A DNA stretch of 64,000 nt from assembly GCA_051439505.1 (NCBI GenBank), contig JBFRWI010000135.1, positions 1 through 64,000 on the forward strand, written 5' to 3'. The translations under genes and the position numbers were made by a program. The notes beneath the pieces were generated by a model. It ran no database searches. It was not told where the DNA came from and saw only the letters and a list, made by a program, of their open reading frames with translations. Below are positions 1-11,596 of the stretch, in pieces. The first letter of the stretch is position 1. The number at the start of each line of letters is the position of its first letter. The stretch is from Hormoscilla sp. (GTDB lineage Bacteria; Cyanobacteriota; Cyanobacteriia; Cyanobacteriales; Desertifilaceae).

Positions 1-2344
1 GTTCGCCTTCAGAGTTTGGTTCCCCACAGAGATAGAAAACGATCTTGTCTTTGAGATCCTCCCTCTCCTGACCGTAGCGGTGCAACTCCAACAAGAGAAT
101 CATCACGTTCAGTCCAGCATATACGTCAACCTGTCGCTGACCCAACTGAATTCCTTGTTCCCGCAGTTGCCGCATCTTTTTCTGAGGCAGGTTTTCTGGC
201 GGCGCGTCTATGAATTCCCCATCACACCAGCGGAAATAGAAATCATTCAACCGCTCAAATAACTCTACCGGGCGAAACTCCTCGCTAGCAGTCAGCAACC
301 CCATCAGATATTCCACAATTTCTGGCGTCAGGGCCCCGTATCCCAGCAAGTCGTATATTTCCCAATGCAGTTGTTCTTCTGGGATATCAAACTTTTTACG
401 CTTCTTACCCAGTTCTGTCCACTCAATTATACTTTCCTTCAGGCGATCGGCACATAAGAACTCGCCAAAACTCTTGTGGGCGAACTCCACCGAACCTTCT
501 TGACTGCCTTTCTGAAGATAAAAGGTCGCCAAGGCATTTCGCAAAGGATCGTCGCCAATGCGTTTTTGCGCTTCTTCCAGTAACGCCTTCGCCCCCTCAT
601 CCTGTTTCAAACGGAACTCGATCGCCTTTACCGAGGCAAATTCGCCCCCCGACTGCACCACGCATAACCCTGCTTCCGAAAGAATGCGCCGCAAATCATC
701 TATTTCCTGTTCCGTAAGTTGGCGAGTCAGCCATTCCGGACGCTGCCTTTTCAACACCCAATCCAAAAACTTCTCGTAAATCTTGATTTTCGCGATCGTA
801 CTGCTGGCACCTTCAAAATCTTCTACCTGCAACTCCCGATCGCGGTGCATTGCTGCCAACAGATACAGCAATAGCGGTTCTCGGGCCAACTCCTGCACCC
901 GTTCCGGACAGCGTCCGTCTTGCAAAAATGCCTCAAATGCTTCTCTTGTCGCGCGATCGAAAATCCTTTCCCATTTATCTAACCACTGCTGCTGGAGTTG
1001 GGAGTCCATCACCTGAATGCGTACCCGTTCCAGATTATCGGGCATTTGCCGTTCAATGCCTTGCAGCGCCAAGGTTCTCCCCGTAATTAACACTCGATGT
1101 CCCATATCTTTACCCTGCTGGGAGTCTCGCTGAAATTGACTCACCTGCCGCAAAAATTGCTCTAAACCGCCGCTAGTTCGGCCCTCCAGCAGCAACTCGT
1201 CAAAACCATCTAGTAAAAACAAATATTTAGTATTGCGGTCTTTTAACCAATCATCGCCAGCAAACTTTGCCGAGACAGCATCGCGCAAGGTATTGGTAAA
1301 ACTCTCCTGCAACTTGGGGATATCTCGCAGGCGAATTAACACCGGTATCCAAATGGGATAAAGTTTCTCTCCTACCCAGTCAGCAAACATCCGCGAAAAG
1401 ACACTCTTGCCTCGTCCCGGTCCCCCTTGCACGAACATTACCCGATCCTGTTTTTCTGGATCTTGGAGGACATTATTTGCCCAATTTTCTAGATCGAAAG
1501 CTTCCGCATCGTAAACTTCATTACCATTTTCATCTAGAGGTTTGGCCTTCAGGGGTACGTAGATATCCCGAAAAGTAAAATCTTCGCCAAAAACGTTCTC
1601 CAGCGGTTTGGTAGCAATCTGTTCTGTAAGATAATCCTCAATACTTTGGTATTTTGTTAGTTCCTGACGCCACTCGTTGAACGAGGGTTGGGGTAGATGT
1701 TGGACCGCGTCCCCGGACTCCCCCCAAGCAGACATCATGTAGCGATAAGTATTCCATGCTACTCGCGCCGTTAAAATCTGAGCTTCTTCTTCATCTAATC
1801 CTGCATCTTGCAGTCGCGCCAACAGCACTTGCCCAAATACTTCTGCCAATTTACAGTCATGGAAGCAAACCACTGCTCTTTTAGCGTCATCCTCATCCAG
1901 TTCCAACTCTGATAACTGTTTAATCTGTTGTTGGACTGGTGCCGAAACAGGCGTTTGGCCGATGCGACTTAACAGATCGGAATCCTTCTTGAGAAATTCC
2001 TGCAAGCTTTCCAGATAAGCTGCTTGACTGACAAGGGCAACGCCTTGTTCTAGGGTGGGGGGCTTTTGGGTTTTCTCCAGGTAAAAGGCTAGCAGTTTCG
2101 CCGCTATGGAGACAAAAGGCAGTCCCGCCCCGACAATTTCCCCCAAGGGCGAGTTCAAAACATCCAGCAAAGTAGAAATATTCCCCACTAATGGCGCTAA
2201 TTGTTGGACATTAGCACCTTCTTCTTGCAGGGTATTGGCCAATTCCAAGACTGCCTCTGCTGCTTCCGTGCCCTCGGCGATGGTTTCGGCGGAGAACAAT
2301 TCTCGAATGTCCGTGTTTAAGAACCTCCAGAGTCGCGATGCCAT
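1..2344 (-). CDS. NACHT/STAND NTPase with N-terminal helical domain (3' end runs off window; this family often ends in pentapeptide repeats)
   Basis: Read by hand on the minus strand; absent from the ORF track because there is no stop in the window. Starts MASRLWRFLNTDIRELF. Walker A VMFVQGGPGRGKS (~1400-1440), Walker B YLFLLDGFDE (~1200-1225), NACHT motif EFAHKSFGEFL (~455-490). Confidence 0.85.
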   Translation of the reverse strand, partial: MASRLWRFLNTDIRELFSAETIAEGTEAAEAVLELANTLQEEGANVQQLAPLVGNISTLLDVLNSPLGEIVGAGLPFVSIAAKLLAFYLEKTQKPPTLEQGVALVSQAAYLESLQEFLKKDSDLLSRIGQTPVSAPVQQQIKQLSELELDEDDAKRAVVCFHDCKLAEVFGQVLLARLQDAGLDEEEAQILTARVAWNTYRYMMSAWGESGDAVQHLPQPSFNEWRQELTKYQSIEDYLTEQIATKPLENVFGEDFTFRDIYVPLKAKPLDENGNEVYDAEAFDLENWANNVLQDPEKQDRVMFVQGGPGRGKSVFSRMFADWVGEKLYPIWIPVLIRLRDIPKLQESFTNTLRDAVSAKFAGDDWLKDRNTKYLFLLDGFDELLLEGRTSGGLEQFLRQVSQFQRDSQQGKDMGHRVLITGRTLALQGIERQMPDNLERVRIQVMDSQLQQQWLDKWERIFDRATREAFEAFLQDGRCPERVQELAREPLLLYLLAAMHRDRELQVEDFEGASSTIAKIKIYEKFLDWVLKRQRPEWLTRQLTEQEIDDLRRILSEAGLCVVQSGGEFASVKAIEFRLKQDEGAKALLEEAQKRIGDDPLRNALATFYLQKGSQEGSVEFAHKSFGEFLCADRLKESIIEWTELGKKRKKFDIPEEQLHWEIYDLLGYGALTPEIVEYLMGLLTASEEFRPVELFERLNDFYFRWCDGEFIDAPPENLPQKKMRQLREQGIQLGQRQVDVYAGLNVMILLLELHRYGQEREDLKDKIVFYLCGEPNSEGE

Positions 2345-2710
2345 ACTCTTCTCACTCTTTTCTTGATGATACCCAAAGTTTAGCAGGAATTTTCTAACTG
2401 TGTCAACCCTGTGATAGAATTTCCCTAAACTGATATCTTGCATCTGTCCCGTCCGTATTACTACGAGGGTAACTATGAAACATCTCGCGAACAGTCCCGA
2501 TCGGGCCCACATCTCAAAACTCAGGAATCTGTCTCTGGAAACGGGACTCCGGCATGCTAAGATATAAAAAATGACAACTTAGAGCAATAAAATGTCCCAA
2601 GCAATAAGTCACGGCATTTATGTTTGTCCGAGAACGAGGCGCAAATTTAGATTTGCGATCGCGTGCTATAATATAATGTAAACTATTCCCATTATCGAGC
2701 AGTAGAAACA

Positions 2711-3169
2711 ATGACGATCGCTGCAACTTCAGGAAGGAAAAGCAAAAATCTCTATAACCAGGACTTTTATCTGTGGATAGAAACCACGGCCAAGTTACTG
2801 CGAAAGGGAAAGTTAGAGTCAGTAGATATTGAGAATTTAATCGAAGAAATAGAGGCGATGGGCAGAAAGGAAAAGCGCAGTCTCAGAAGCAATCTCATCG
2901 TGCTGTTGATGCATCTGCTCAAGTATAAATATCAACCCGAACGACGCTCTAACAGTTGGCTATCCACAATCTTCGAGCATCGAGATCGGATAGAAGTCGA
3001 GCTAGAAGACAGTCCCAGTCTTCAGCCTTATTTAGAGGAAATATGGCCGGAATGTTACTCAAAAGCGAGAAAAAAGGCTTCTCTGGAAACGGGACTGCCC
3101 CTGACTACATTTCCCGAGTCATGTCCCTTTAGTCAAGGTGAAACCCTAGATCCTGAATATTTGCCATAA
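2711..3169 (+). CDS. DUF29 family protein
   Basis: LYNQDFYLWIE...DIENLIEEIEAMGR...LLMHLLKYKYQPERRSNSW...SPSL...FPESCPF is the typical cyanobacterial DUF29 signature. Confidence 0.92.
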   Translation: MTIAATSGRKSKNLYNQDFYLWIETTAKLLRKGKLESVDIENLIEEIEAMGRKEKRSLRSNLIVLLMHLLKYKYQPERRSNSWLSTIFEHRDRIEVELEDSPSLQPYLEEIWPECYSKARKKASLETGLPLTTFPESCPFSQGETLDPEYLP

Positions 3170-3192
3170 TCGAAGTAAATGAGATATAATAA

Positions 3193-5244
<2,052 letters not shown>

Positions 5245-5247
5245 TCA

Positions 5248-5424
5248 GGTTCGTAGTAAAGACTTTAGTCTTTGCCAGGGCACGTTCGTAGTAAAGACTT
5301 TAGTCTTTATCTCCCCAGGTTCGTAGTAAAGACTTTAGTCTTTGCCTTTGCAACTGGCAGATGAGGACTGAAGTCCTCACTACGAACCTCAGATGAGGAC
5401 TGAAGTCCTCACTACGAACCTCAG
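5248..5424. repeat. Cluster of GTAG-type REP-like palindromes (3 direct + 2 inverted copies)
   Basis: GTTCGTAGTAAAGACTTTAGTCTTT x3, then GAGGACTGAAGTCCTCACTACGAACC x2, which is the reverse complement of a variant unit. Confidence 0.85.
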
Positions 5425-5427
5425 ATA

Positions 5428-5628
5428 TTATTTATGGTAAACCAAACCTAACCGATAAGCTGCCGGTTGAGGAGGATCGTCTTCTGGAAGTTGGAAGGAA
5501 TTCGGATTGCCAACTGCAAATAGCTGTAGTAAAATCGTGATGATGAAGGCTAAGGTAAATTTTTCCCACATTGCGGACCGTCCTCTGTATCGGTGCCATT
5601 TCCCCCCCCGATCGGGTGGGTATGGCAA
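5428..5628 (-). CDS. Possible small membrane/secreted peptide
   Basis: ORF with a hydrophobic stretch (WEKFTLAFIITILLQLFAVG); start uncertain. Confidence 0.3.
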   Translation of the reverse strand: MPYPPDRGGKWHRYRGRSAMWEKFTLAFIITILLQLFAVGNPNSFQLPEDDPPQPAAYRLGLVYHK

Positions 5629-5701
5629 TTACACCTTGCCTCCTAGACTCACAGATGGCATAATAGTGCCCGCAACTAAAGGGCGATCGCACGCTGCGCT
5701 C

Positions 5702-6187
5702 TCAGGGCCTCGCGGACCGATGTCGTTCCAGAAGAGATTCGATCAGACTGGATGACGCCCAGAATGTAGTTTGTCTTAAACGATCGATAGCAGTGGGGAA
5801 ATCAATCAATCCCCTTGTCGCCGCCCGATCTAAAATTCCCAGAACCCCAGTCACGAGCAATCCACGTTCTGCTGCTACCCGTCTTCCTGCCCGATCGTCC
5901 AATAAAATCAACTCGGCCTCTAATTGTTGCGCTAGCGCGATCGCCTCACGTTCACCTACATCCAATTCCTGTAGCACCTCATCGGGTTCAGTAGTGATTG
6001 ATTGAATCTCCAGCTATTCAGGTGGTTGTGCTATCCAGCTTTGGAGTATAGCTAGCGACTCTGATGCCCCTAGTTCATCACTCACGGCTTGAGGAATGGT
6101 AATTTGACCAAATAACTGCGGCAAGAGATTGATTTGGTCAATCAACAACAAATAACATAATGGCGATGTATTAGATACTACAGTCAT
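5702..6187 (-). pseudogene. DUF3368 PIN-domain toxin with in-frame amber stop
   Basis: Reads MTVVSNTSPLCYLLLIDQINLLPQLFG...QPPE*LEIQ...LDVGEREAIALA...LILLDDRAGRR. TAG at 6014-6016 sits where Trp (TGG) is expected. Confidence 0.88.
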
Positions 6188-6452
6188 TTTTCGATATTAC
6201 CTTGTCGATAGCCTCGACATCTTGTTCTAAGTCAGCCAGGGTATAGTGCAGATATGCTCCTTCCTGCTTGAGAAAACCATGAGCTTCCCAGCGCGAAGAT
6301 AAATTCAGCATCCGCCTCACCTCAGCAGCACTAATTACTTCCTCACGATAGGCTTCTGCCGCAAGTATCTCCAGCGCCCGCTTTTCTAAATTACCCCACT
6401 TTGCTGACAGGCGCTGGGCTGTTTTATCTGGTATTTCGATAGTGATTTGCAT
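6171..6452 (-). CDS. UPF0175 family antitoxin
   Basis: MQITIEIPD...ALEILAAEAYREEVISAAEVRRMLNLSSRWEAHGFLK; overlaps the start of the DUF3368 gene. Confidence 0.88.
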   Translation of the reverse strand: MQITIEIPDKTAQRLSAKWGNLEKRALEILAAEAYREEVISAAEVRRMLNLSSRWEAHGFLKQEGAYLHYTLADLEQDVEAIDKVISKNDCSI

Positions 6453-6514
6453 TTCTGGTGCTCCTCAATACTTTTCAAATGGTAGTTTCTTGCTGACCGA
6501 TCGCCAGATAATAA

Positions 6515-6793
6515 TCATTCTACACCCTCTTTCGCTCTCAGGGAGCGCATAGTCTGGATATCTTGCTCTAAGTCAGCCTCTGTATAGCGCAGATCGGCTC
6601 CTTCCTGCTTGAGAAACCCATCCACTTGTAAGCGGGTAGACAGCTTCAGCATCCATCCTACCTCAGCAGCACTAATCACTTCCGCACGATAAGCTTCTGC
6701 GGCAATTATCTCCAGCGATCGCTTTTCTAAATTACCCCACTTTGCTGACATGCGATCGGCTGTTTTATCTGGTATTTCAATGGTTATTTGCAT
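6515..6793 (-). CDS. UPF0175 family antitoxin (tandem paralogue)
   Basis: Highly similar to 6171-6452 (MQITIEIPDKTA...KWGNLEKR...GFLKQEGA). Confidence 0.85.
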   Translation of the reverse strand: MQITIEIPDKTADRMSAKWGNLEKRSLEIIAAEAYRAEVISAAEVGWMLKLSTRLQVDGFLKQEGADLRYTEADLEQDIQTMRSLRAKEGVE

Positions 6794-6863
6794 TTTCTGG
6801 ACTCTCAAAAATATTCAACAATTAACCGATGGATTCTCACCCAACTGTCATATGTATCTGACA

Positions 6864-8111
6864 TCAACGCACTACCAAACTGGAGTCAATGTCCTGTAAT
6901 TTAGCACAGCCACTCAATGCCATTGCCAGGTCTAATTCATCCCGCAATAGTTCCAATACATGCTGGACCCCTGCTTCCCCTGCTACCGCTAACCCCCACA
7001 ATATCGGTCGCCCCAATAGCACTGCTTTTGCTCCTAATGCTAACGCTTTTAACACATCTGTACCCCGACGAATCCCTCCATCTACTAATACTTCGACTCG
7101 GTCCCCTACCGCTGCTACTACTTCACTCAGGGTGTGGTCAAAAGTAGTTGTAGAGGATCCCCCCCAAACCCCCCCTTCCAAAAGGGGGGGCTCCGGAAGC
7201 CCCCCGTTGTAAGGGGGGTTTGGGGGGATCCGGCGACTGGGAGGGCCGCCCGAACGATCAACTGTTTTTGACCACACCCCTTCACTCAGGGCGTCTAGAG
7301 ATGCGATCGCCCCATCCAGTTGCCTGCCCCCGTGGTTGGAAACTATAATCCCTTGAGCGCCATGTTCTACGGCCCGCAAGGCATCATCTCCCCGCAAAAT
7401 ACCTTTGACTACTAATGGCAAGGGTGACAGCGATCGCAACCATTCTAAATCCGACCATGTTAGGGCCGGATTAAACTGTTCTAACACGTAAGCAAATAAA
7501 CCATAATCCCCCGATTTTTGAGAAATTTTTAAGTCTTTTAAGGTGGTTAAATTAGCTAGTTCCATACCAGTCGGGAGCACGAATTGATTGCGCATATCTT
7601 TCTCCCGCTGCCCTAACCTGGGCGCATCAACTGTCAAGCAAAGGGCTTGATATCCGGCGGCATGGGCCCGTTCTACTAATGCTTTGGTTAAAGCCCGATC
7701 GCGATGCACGTACAGTTGAAACCATTGGGGGGTTTGCTGCCTAACACTGGCAACTTCTTCTAAACTTTTGGTCGCCATCGTACTCAATATCATCATGCTT
7801 CCTAACTTTGCCGCTGCTGAGGCCGTAGCCATTTCTCCTTCCTTTGCGGCCAAACATTGAAAGGCCATGGGCGCGATCGCGATCGGCAGTTGCCAAGCTT
7901 GACCGAGAATAGTCGTACTTAAATCCCGCTGACTGACATCTACTAACATGCGCGGACGGAGTTTGTACCGTGCAAATGCCGCACGGTTGTCTTGCAGAGT
8001 AATTTCGTCTCCAGCACCGCTAGCGTAGTAATCTCGTGCCATTTGAGATAACTGCCCGGTGGCGAGGTTTTCATACTCTAATAGATTGATCGGTTTTGTG
8101 CTATCGTTCAT
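6864..8111 (-). CDS. FMN-dependent alpha-hydroxy-acid oxidase (glycolate/lactate oxidase family) with 53-aa in-frame MITE insertion
   Basis: Motifs LRPRML, WFQLY, LTVDAP, VVKGI, VSNHGGRQLD, DGGIRRGTDVLKALALGA. An alien Pro/Gly-rich insert lies between two LSE copies. Confidence 0.92.
   Translation of the reverse strand: MNDSTKPINLLEYENLATGQLSQMARDYYASGAGDEITLQDNRAAFARYKLRPRMLVDVSQRDLSTTILGQAWQLPIAIAPMAFQCLAAKEGEMATASAAAKLGSMMILSTMATKSLEEVASVRQQTPQWFQLYVHRDRALTKALVERAHAAGYQALCLTVDAPRLGQREKDMRNQFVLPTGMELANLTTLKDLKISQKSGDYGLFAYVLEQFNPALTWSDLEWLRSLSPLPLVVKGILRGDDALRAVEHGAQGIIVSNHGGRQLDGAIASLDALSEGVWSKTVDRSGGPPSRRIPPNPPYNGGLPEPPLLEGGVWGGSSTTTFDHTLSEVVAAVGDRVEVLVDGGIRRGTDVLKALALGAKAVLLGRPILWGLAVAGEAGVQHVLELLRDELDLAMALSGCAKLQDIDSSLVVR
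7130..7279. mobile_element. 150-bp MITE with 14-bp TIRs and 9-bp target-site duplication
   Basis: TIR GGGTGTGGTCAAAA (7130-7143) / TTTTGACCACACCC (7266-7279). Flanking direct repeat CTTCACTCA (7121-7129, 7280-7288). Internal GC-rich hairpin. Confidence 0.93.
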
Positions 8112-8220
8112 TTGGGCGATCGGGAGAAAATGGTAATATAATTGTCTCGTTCATCATAGCGCAGTTGGGTTAAAATGGTGGCATCGCGATCGCACAGATG
8201 CCCTAACTCAGGAGAAAACC

Positions 8221-8505
8221 ATGACCTTAACAGAGTTCGCCAAACTGCCAAGCAATCGGAAATCCCTACCTCCGGCGCTGCAAGCTTTGTGGTACGATCG
8301 ACAAGGTAACTGGGACCGCGCTCATGAAATCGTGCAAGATGCCAACGATCTTGACAGTGACTGGGTTCATGCCTACTTGCATCGTCAAGAAGGAGACTTG
8401 AATAATGCTCGTTATTGGTATCATCGCAGCAGACAGCCATTCTTTACATCCGACCTCAAGTCCGAATGGGAACATATTGCGAGCAACTTGCTTATGAAAT
8501 TATAA
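8221..8505 (+). CDS. Conserved hypothetical protein
   Basis: LQALWY...WDRAHEIVQD...WVHAYLHRQEGDLNNARYWY, a widespread ~90-aa family; AGGAG RBS upstream. Confidence 0.85.
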   Translation: MTLTEFAKLPSNRKSLPPALQALWYDRQGNWDRAHEIVQDANDLDSDWVHAYLHRQEGDLNNARYWYHRSRQPFFTSDLKSEWEHIASNLLMKL

Positions 8506-8554
8506 TCGGGTGCATCTCACTTTCGCAAAGGTACATTGATAATATATGTAATTT

Positions 8555-8610
8555 AGCCCGCGCAGGCGGGCTTTGTTCATGTAGCCGGACCCTAAAGGGT
8601 TCGGGCGACG
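8555..8610. repeat. Dispersed double-hairpin repeat (AGCCCGCGCAGGCGGGCT / GGACCCTAAAGGGTTC)
   Basis: An inverted copy lies at ~39948-40003 and a partial copy at ~59860-59882. Confidence 0.75.
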
Positions 8611-8664
8611 CAAATATGCAGTGTACCCTTATAATCTAATCTCATCTAATCTCGACAATTTTTC

Positions 8665-8720
8665 CAGTGGGTTTTAACCCACTTTAGCTATTAGCCGTGG
8701 GTTTGAACCCACGGCGGGCC
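8665..8720. repeat. Dispersed double-hairpin repeat, related to 10725-10781 (opposite orientation)
   Basis: AGTGGGTTTTAACCCACT-TTAGCTATTAG-CCGTGGGTTTGAACCCACGG-CGGG mirrors CCCGCCGGGGGTTCAAACCCCCGG-CTAATAGCTAA-AGTCGGTTAAAACCGACT. Confidence 0.75.
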
Positions 8721-8776
8721 AGGAGACTTATCGAGAATGGTGTAACCCACGACGGACCAGGAGACTTATCTGTTTT

Positions 8777-10684
8777 TCATGCAGTCGCTAGCTGCCGGGA
8801 TCGCATCTCCAAATATACCAGCAAAGCATTAACATCAGCGGGATTAACTCCACCAATGCGGGACGCTTGACCGATGGTGAGGGGTTTGACCTTCGCCAAT
8901 TTTTCTCGGGACTCCTTAGAAAGAGTTTCAATTGCCATATAATCTAAATCTGCGGGTAGCTGGCGGTTCGCCGCCCTGACAATTTGGTCGATCTGATTTT
9001 GCTGACGCTGAATGTAACCTGCGTATTTGATGTCGATTTCTGCGGCTTCTTTTTCCGCCATGTTTAGTTCCGAGTTCCCCAGTCCATAGCGTTCCAGGTC
9101 ATCATAGTGGATGCCCGATCGCCTGAGCAACTCTGCCAGAGTAATAGAACCTTTAATTTTTTGTTGGGTATCGGCGGCAACTTGCAGTCCCACGGGATCG
9201 AGTTCTTTCAGTCGCGTTCCCTGTAAACGTTCCTTCTCGGCGGCTATCTTAGCATACTTGCTCGTAAACAGCGAGTAGCGGCGATCGTCTATCAAGCCCA
9301 CTTCCCGACCCCGAGGCGTCATCCGCAGATCCGCATTATCCGATCGCAACAGCAAGCGATACTCAGAACGGGAAGTCAGCATCCGATAGGGTTCCCGCAA
9401 ATCTTTAGTACAGAGGTCGTCTATTAAAGTGCCAATATAACTTTCCTCCCGGGGGAAGATTAGCATTTCTCGACCTCGGACCAACTGCACCGCATTTATG
9501 CCCGCCACAATACCTTGGGCCGCCGCTTCTTCATAACCCGTGGTACCATTTATCTGTCCCGCACAGAATAACCCCGAAATGAGTTTAGTCATCAAAGTTG
9601 GATAGCACTGAGTTGCGGGCAGATAATCATATTCTACTGCATAGGCGGGACGCAGCATGATGCAATTTTCCAGACCCGGCAGACTGCGCAGCATATGCAG
9701 CTGCAATTTTTCTGGCAACCCGGTAGAAAATCCCTGAATATAGAGTTCGGGAATATCTCTCCCTTCCGGTTCGATAAATATCTGATGGGACTGCTTATCA
9801 GCAAAGCGGACTATTTTATCTTCAATGCTAGGACAATAGCGCGGTCCCTTAGCATCTACCCAACCCCCATAGACAGGAGACAAATGCAAATTTTCCCTAA
9901 TTAAGCGATGAGTTTCCGCAGTCGTCCGGGTAATATAGCAGTGCATTTGTTCCCGTTCTACCCAGACTTCCGGGTCAAAGCTAAACCAGCGAACTTCGGT
10001 ATCTCCCGGTTGGGGTTGCATCTTGCTGTAGTCCACAGAACGCTTATCCACCCGGGCGGGGGTTCCCGTTTTCAGACGTCCCGTTTCAAAACCTAATTTG
10101 TTCAGAGTTTCTGTCAGACCTACTGCGGCAAATTCTCCCGCCCTGCCTGCGTCCATGGATTTATTTCCCACCCAGATCTTACCACCCAGGAAGGTGCCCG
10201 TGGTGAGAATAACTGCCTGACATTGGAATGCCACGCCGAAGTACGTCTGTACCCCAATTATCTCATCATTAGCACCCAGCACTAAGTCCGTGACCATTGC
10301 TTCGCGAACTGCCAAATTTGTTTGGTTCTCGACTATCCGCTTCATTACTGCCGAGTATTCCCGCTTGTCCGTTTGGGCCCGTAACGCCCACACTGCTGGT
10401 CCCCGGGAAGAGTTCAGTACCCGCTTTTGCAGGTACGTGCGATCGGCCATTTTGCCAATTTCACCTCCCAGGGCATCCACCTCATGAGTAAGTTGAGATT
10501 TTGCGGGTGCGCCTACTGCTGGGTTACAGGGTTGCCAAGCTATTTTATCCAGGTTGAGAGTTAGTAGGAGGGTACGACAACCCAGGCGGGCGGATGCCAG
10601 GGCGGCTTCGCAGCCTGCATGTCCCGCACCGACTACAATGATATCAAAAGCGTCTTGGAATTCTACTGGCCCGTTCATGGTCAT
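8777..10684 (-). CDS. mnmG: tRNA uridine-5-carboxymethylaminomethyl modification enzyme MnmG/GidA
   Basis: [53 protein letters not shown]. Confidence 0.98.
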   Translation of the reverse strand: MTMNGPVEFQDAFDIIVVGAGHAGCEAALASARLGCRTLLLTLNLDKIAWQPCNPAVGAPAKSQLTHEVDALGGEIGKMADRTYLQKRVLNSSRGPAVWALRAQTDKREYSAVMKRIVENQTNLAVREAMVTDLVLGANDEIIGVQTYFGVAFQCQAVILTTGTFLGGKIWVGNKSMDAGRAGEFAAVGLTETLNKLGFETGRLKTGTPARVDKRSVDYSKMQPQPGDTEVRWFSFDPEVWVEREQMHCYITRTTAETHRLIRENLHLSPVYGGWVDAKGPRYCPSIEDKIVRFADKQSHQIFIEPEGRDIPELYIQGFSTGLPEKLQLHMLRSLPGLENCIMLRPAYAVEYDYLPATQCYPTLMTKLISGLFCAGQINGTTGYEEAAAQGIVAGINAVQLVRGREMLIFPREESYIGTLIDDLCTKDLREPYRMLTSRSEYRLLLRSDNADLRMTPRGREVGLIDDRRYSLFTSKYAKIAAEKERLQGTRLKELDPVGLQVAADTQQKIKGSITLAELLRRSGIHYDDLERYGLGNSELNMAEKEAAEIDIKYAGYIQRQQNQIDQIVRAANRQLPADLDYMAIETLSKESREKLAKVKPLTIGQASRIGGVNPADVNALLVYLEMRSRQLATA

Positions 10685-10724
10685 TGCTAATCTTGATTAT
10701 TATATTTTCTCGTTTCGCAGTCGG

Positions 10725-10781
10725 CCCGCCGGGGGTTCAAACCCCCGGCTAATAGCTAAAGTCGGTTAAAACCGACTAAAA
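10725..10781. repeat. Dispersed double-hairpin repeat
   Basis: CCCGCCGGGGGTTCAAACCCCCGGCTAATAGCTAAAGTCGGTTAAAACCGACTAAAA; related copy at ~28780-28861. Confidence 0.8.
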
Positions 10782-11185
10782 ACCTTATCTCTCGTTTCCA
10801 GTCTCTGGCGTCTCTGGCTGGGAACGAACATTAGGAGGATCTGCCTCCAGCTTTTATAATTATAGCTGCTATAATTATATTCGTCCAGCAACCTCGCTCT
10901 GCGATCGTCTGCCAAGGGCCGATCGGGGGACAGATGCAGGTAAGATGAAAGGGAGTTGTGCAACGCCTAATTGCCAATTATAACAAGTTGCACGGCACGA
11001 ACTTCACGATTAGTCCGACAGAAACATATCTGACAATTCTCTAAGGAAGTCGAATTTGACTTCCGGTTTCTGGACAAACAAGAGCAAATATGGCCGCAGC
11101 TAATAACATTGTTAAGGTATTGGCGATCGCCTAGTTATTGTTGTATAAAGCTTCTATAGAAGTCGCGTAGCTAGAGTCAATTATA

Positions 11186-11494
11186 GTGAAATACTTTTTC
11201 CTAGCGGATGGATGGACAGTAGGTCGCGTGTGGGAGTTCGGCGGGCTATGGAACGAAGTCGTCTGGAGACGCAAACCACAGATTGATAAAATGAATCTCG
11301 GCATCGTCGAACAGGGACAAACCCTATGGCTTTACCGGGTTGAAGATGCCGTGTTGATGGTAGAGGTAAAACCCACACCAGCAGCAGACCCCCATAACGC
11401 GATCGGTCAAGTGGTCCTCAAGCGCTTAATTAGCGCCGAACAAGCCCTTGACCGATTAAGTACAGCCCAAGCAACCATCAAGCAGCCACTCTAA
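11186..11494 (+). CDS. Conserved cyanobacterial hypothetical protein
   Basis: MKYFFLADGWTVGRVWEFGGLWN...LYRVEDAVLMVEVKP...IGQVVLKRL; protein-like composition. Confidence 0.8.
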   Translation: MKYFFLADGWTVGRVWEFGGLWNEVVWRRKPQIDKMNLGIVEQGQTLWLYRVEDAVLMVEVKPTPAADPHNAIGQVVLKRLISAEQALDRLSTAQATIKQPL

Positions 11495-11596
11495 GCAATT
11501 CAAAATTCTCTCATTCAAAATTCTCTCATTCAAAATGCTTTTGGAGCAAGGCTTTGAGCTAATTTGAGGCTGGTGGATTATTTCTGCCGCGCGGCA

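Noticed and set aside
80..2366. Plus-strand ORFs at 80, 558, 783, 850 and 2106
   Set aside because: They are antisense shadows of the NACHT gene.
2533..2549. 17-bp match (TCTCTGGAAACGGGACT) to DUF29 coding sequence at 3080-3096
   Set aside because: A single short match with no extended similarity; chance or a tiny remnant, not interpretable.
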